Shown: positions 60,405-64,000 of the stretch, in pieces
Layout of the letters: the number at the start of each line of letters is the position of its first letter
Numbering within the stretch: the stretch's first letter is position 1
Assembly (NCBI GenBank): GCA_965223905.1
Contig: CBDCXV010000001.1
Location: 1,632,001-1,696,000 of the forward strand
Source: Candidatus Latescibacterota bacterium
Lineage (GTDB): Bacteria > Latescibacterota > UBA2968 > UBA8231
Direction: 5' to 3'
DNA length: 64,000 nt
The notes under the pieces: model-generated
Databases searched by the model: none
What the model saw: the letters and a program-made list of their open reading frames with translations, nothing else
What the model was told of the DNA's origin: nothing
Position numbers and translations under genes: made by a program

Positions 60405-61310
60405 ATGATTCCCCCTAATCGACCGAATTCCTCCCGCCCGCGGTGGCCATGGATGCCGCTGGCGGCCATCCTGCTGGCCGCAGTCCCCGCGCAACTGGAT
60501 GCCGGCGCCTGGACGCAGTCGCCCGGCGGTCTGTACCTCAAGATGGCCGGACTCTCCTTCCGCTCCCAGGCATATCTGGACACCACCGGCAACCGGAAGG
60601 CCCGGGAGGAAAAGCCGGGCATGGCGGAGTTGAGCGACAGGAACGCCTCGGCCTACCTGGAATACGGTCTGAGGGATCGCTTGACCCTGGTGGCCTCCCT
60701 TCCCTACAAGCGCCTGGTGCACAAGAAGACGGAGGTGAGGTACTACGAGAGTCTGGACACCACCCTAACCCGCATATACCCCGACGAGAACGAATCCGGT
60801 CTCGCCGACCTCGAGTTGCGCCTGCGCTGGCGGGTGCTGCAGGATCCGGCGGTGGTCTCCCTGACTCTCGGCGGCAAGTTGCCGCTGGGTTACGAAATGC
60901 AGGAGGAAAGCAACGTCCCCCTGGGTACGGCGGAGATCGACGGCGATACGCGCCTGCTGATCGGCAAATCCCTGTACCCGTTGCCGGGGTACCTGACCAG
61001 CGCCATCGGCTATCGCAAGCGGGGCGGGATCTTCAGCGACGAGCTCCTCTATAGTTTCGAGGCCGGTTTCACCTACAAACGCCTGCTGGTGAAAGGGGTG
61101 GCCGAGGGAATGCGGACCTTCGGGGACTGCGGAGCCACCGGCGCTACGGGGAGTCTGATAGGAGACCAGAACAGCTTGAAAGTAGCGCCGGGGTTGATCT
61201 GGTCCCTGAGCGAGCGGCTGGAACTGGGGGCCGATCTGTTTCACATCGTCTCCGGCTGCAATACCGCGGCCGGAACGACCTGGGCCCTGGGGCTGGCTTT
61301 CAAGCGCTAG
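60405..61310 (+). CDS. Putative outer-membrane beta-barrel protein
   Basis: Signal peptide, AGAWTQ, YLEYGL, amphipathic strands, terminal LGLAF; start uncertain (60405 or 60453). Confidence 0.75.
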   Translation: MIPPNRPNSSRPRWPWMPLAAILLAAVPAQLDAGAWTQSPGGLYLKMAGLSFRSQAYLDTTGNRKAREEKPGMAELSDRNASAYLEYGLRDRLTLVASLPYKRLVHKKTEVRYYESLDTTLTRIYPDENESGLADLELRLRWRVLQDPAVVSLTLGGKLPLGYEMQEESNVPLGTAEIDGDTRLLIGKSLYPLPGYLTSAIGYRKRGGIFSDELLYSFEAGFTYKRLLVKGVAEGMRTFGDCGATGATGSLIGDQNSLKVAPGLIWSLSERLELGADLFHIVSGCNTAAGTTWALGLAFKR

Positions 61311-61384
61311 GAAAATCGCCCCGAAATGCAAGGCGGTTCATATGCATTTCGCCTGTTTGATTGATATATGAAAGGAGGCCCGGA

Positions 61385-62367
61385 TTGCCGCGCCGAAAAT
61401 GGGAGATCTCCGAGCGTCAAGCCACCGACGAAGCGGTCTATCTCAACCGCCGCAAGTTCATCCGTCGTGCCGGCCTGGGAAGCATCGGCCTGCTTACCGG
61501 ATGCATCCCGGAAAAGCTCTTCAATCCGGTAGACCTCGTTAATCCGGAAGACTTCCTCAGTCCCGGGAGCGTCGAGCCGGCACCTCGGTATCCGGCTCCT
61601 TTGAATCCCGCTTTTTCCACCCTCGACCGGCCTCTCACCGACGAGACTGTGGCTGCCACCTACAACAACTTCTACGAATTCTCCACCGGCAAGAATGTTT
61701 GGCGCTTCATAGACAAGTTCGAGCCCACCCCCTGGACAGTGGAAATAAGCGGCCTGGTGCAGCAGCCCAAGACCTACGATATCGACAGCCTGATCGGCAT
61801 GATGGATCTGGAAGAGCGTCTCTACCGCCACCGCTGCGTCGAGGCCTGGTCCATGGCCATACCGTGGACCGGCTTTCCCATGCGGGCGCTCGTCGACCTG
61901 GTTCAACCGCTGTCATCGGCCCGCTACGTGCGCATGACCTCCTTCTTCAATCCCGAGGTGGCCCCGGGGCAATGGGACAGGCCCGATTTCCCCTGGCCCT
62001 ATACCGAGGGCCTGACCATGGCCGAAGCGACCAATGAGTTGACTTTGCTGGTGACGGGCATATACGGCCACGAGCTGCCCAGGCAACACGGTGCCCCCCT
62101 GCGCCTGGTGACGCCCTGGAAATACGGCTTCAAGGGCATCAAGTCGATCACCAGAATCGATTTCGTCAGCGAACAGCCGGAGACGTTCTGGAACACCGAA
62201 TCTCCGCGAGAGTACGGCTTTCTCTCCAACGTCGAGCCCGATGTCCCCCATCCCCGCTGGTCGCAAGCCACCGAACGCTTCATCACCGCCGACCCGAAAA
62301 GCCAGAACAACGCGATACCCTGCTCTACAACGGCTATGCGGAGTACGTCGCCCATTTGTACGGGTGA
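61385..62367 (+). CDS. msrP: Protein-methionine-sulfoxide reductase catalytic subunit, frameshift near 62300
   Basis: RRKF Tat motif, YNNFYEF, YRHRCVEAWSM, HGAPLRL, PWKYGFK, HPRWSQA; terminal TLLYNGYAEYVAHLYG* in another frame. Confidence 0.9.
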
Positions 62368-62386
62368 CCCTTCAAAGGAGGCCCAG

Positions 62387-63034
62387 ATGCGCCAGCTTCC
62401 GTCGTCCATCCTCTTCCTCTGCCTGCTCGTCCTGCCCCTCTCCGCCCTGGAAGAGGCCCTTCACGGGACCTGGGACGGCACCGTCCTCGACGACCAGATC
62501 GGCGAGATTTCAACCAGCCTGACCTTCGAAGCGGATGGAGCCTTCGAGATCAATCAGGTCATTCAGGTAAAGGAGGATTTCCTCGCCGGCCTCGAGATCC
62601 CGGAAACAATCGCCATCAATACGATCACCGCTCACGGCACCGGAACCTACGGAGTGGATGGGGACAGCCTCAGGGTCGATATAACCGCGCTGGATCTTAT
62701 GGTCGACGGTGAGGACTTCGACGAATTCTTTACCCAGGCCGCCCGCAGCCTCGCCCGTTACTTTGCGGACTTGAACGAAATACCCGAAGAGAACTACCCG
62801 GAGTTCGAACAGGCTTTCGTCGACGAGTTCCTCCTTGCAATCGATGAAATCGATTTCCTCGCTGGTTTCGAGGAAGGAGGAAGCAGCACATACGCTGTTG
62901 AAGGGAACGCCCTGGTGCTCACTACGACCGCGGAGACATCCTGGGAATTCCAGCGCATGGATGTCGTCGTTGAAGTCCCCACTGCTGTCGCCCGAACTAC
63001 CTGGGGAGGCCTGAAAGCCGCCCTGCGTCCTTGA
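62387..63034 (+). CDS. Secreted acidic protein with C-terminal TWGGLK motif
   Basis: AAGGAGG RBS, signal peptide, LHGTW (lipocalin-like start), ends PTAVARTTWGGLKAALRP. Confidence 0.8.
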   Translation: MRQLPSSILFLCLLVLPLSALEEALHGTWDGTVLDDQIGEISTSLTFEADGAFEINQVIQVKEDFLAGLEIPETIAINTITAHGTGTYGVDGDSLRVDITALDLMVDGEDFDEFFTQAARSLARYFADLNEIPEENYPEFEQAFVDEFLLAIDEIDFLAGFEEGGSSTYAVEGNALVLTTTAETSWEFQRMDVVVEVPTAVARTTWGGLKAALRP

Positions 63035-63212
63035 AATTCCCCGGGGTGAGGATCAATACCTTCTCGAACCTGCCCGATCAGTCTTCATGTCGAAAGCCCG
63101 CTCGTGAGCCGGTAGACCGGCCGTTCCGCCCCGCGTGTAGACGCCCTCCCGCCACTGGAAACCAACGCCGCCGGCACGTCGCACTACTGCTGCGCCTTCC
63201 AAAATCCAGGAG

Positions 63213-64000
63213 ATGATGATGACGACGAGATTCACGCGAACCCTGCTCCTTCTCGCCGCCGCGGCCCTGGCAGCCTGCGCCGCGAAAAAGGAGACCACCC
63301 CCGCTCCGCAGGCCGCACCGTCGCCGGAGACCGCCCTCGAGGCGGAGATTCCGCTCGATCCGCAGATCGTCGCCGGCGAGCTGGAGAACGGCTTCCGCTA
63401 CCTGATCCGCGCCAACCAGAAGCCGGAGAAGCGGGCCGAGTTCCGGCTCACCGTCGACGTCGGCTCGGTCCTTGAAGAGGAGGAGGAGCAGGGGCTGGCC
63501 CACTTCGCCGAGCACATGGCTTTCAACGGCACGGCGAACTTCGCCAAGCAGGAGCTGATCGACTATCTCGAGACCATCGGCATGCGCTTCGGTCCGGATC
63601 TCAACGCCTACACCAGCTTCGACGAGACCGTGTACATGCTCACCGTGCCGACCGACAGCTCCGAGTTCGTCGACAAGGCGTTTCAGATTCTCGAGGACTG
63701 GGCCCACCAGGTCAGCATGGACTCGGTGGAGATCGACAAGGAGCGCGGCGTGGTGATCGAGGAGTGGCGGGGACGGCGGGGGGCGCGCCAGCGAATGCTC
63801 GACGAGCAGCTGCCGGTGATCCTCAAGGACTCCCGCTACGCCGAGCGCCTGCCGATCGGGGTAAAGGCGGTGCTCGACACTTTCGAGCACGCCACCCTGC
63901 GCGACTTCTACACGAGGTGGTACCGGCCGGAGTTGATGGGGTTCGTCGCCGTCGGAGATTTCGACCCGGCAGCGATCGAGGCGAAGGCGCGCGAGCATTT
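63213..64000 (+). CDS. M16-family zinc protease (PqqL-like lipoprotein), runs off the window
   Basis: LAAC lipobox, LENG, GLAHFAEHMAFNG (HxxEH), NAYTSFDETVY, ERLPIG. Confidence 0.93.
   Translation, partial: MMMTTRFTRTLLLLAAAALAACAAKKETTPAPQAAPSPETALEAEIPLDPQIVAGELENGFRYLIRANQKPEKRAEFRLTVDVGSVLEEEEEQGLAHFAEHMAFNGTANFAKQELIDYLETIGMRFGPDLNAYTSFDETVYMLTVPTDSSEFVDKAFQILEDWAHQVSMDSVEIDKERGVVIEEWRGRRGARQRMLDEQLPVILKDSRYAERLPIGVKAVLDTFEHATLRDFYTRWYRPELMGFVAVGDFDPAAIEAKAREH

Overview
High-GC bacterial chromosome segment. The gene families (DUF6785/6784 membrane proteins, CRTAC1/ASPIC-UnbV, PhyH and enolase paralogs, secreted proteins ending in [ST]W[GA]x[IL]K, a T9SS/FlgD-like tail) suggest Latescibacterota/Gemmatimonadota or a relative; this is inference. 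The backbone is catabolic and cell-envelope genes, many collapsed by deletions or frameshifted. Between them sit small toxin-antitoxin/defence-like modules. Two of these lie between an intact metabolic gene and a diverged ~100-130 bp orphan copy of that gene's own 3' end (5735-5831 / 14191-14292 and 48623-48752 / 46327-46456), with no integrase nearby. The left cassette, a DUF4258 + YgiT-like pair, was later split by nested elements: an IS256 remnant interrupted by an IS1380-bounded block (TAGA duplication) containing IS701, ISL3 and a destroyed M6 protease gene. Other highlights: a shared C-terminal motif on three secreted-type proteins, a HEPN-motif gene interrupted by an 82-bp MITE, a PhyH enzyme with a halogenase-type HxG motif, a KARI homolog lacking catalytic residues, a stand-alone Mad3/Mad4-like pair, 23-bp-period repeats before a DUF4143 ATPase, and an NTase/HTH pair with a palindromic operator. 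No rRNA, tRNA or CRISPR array was seen. All family calls come from motif recognition, not database searches.
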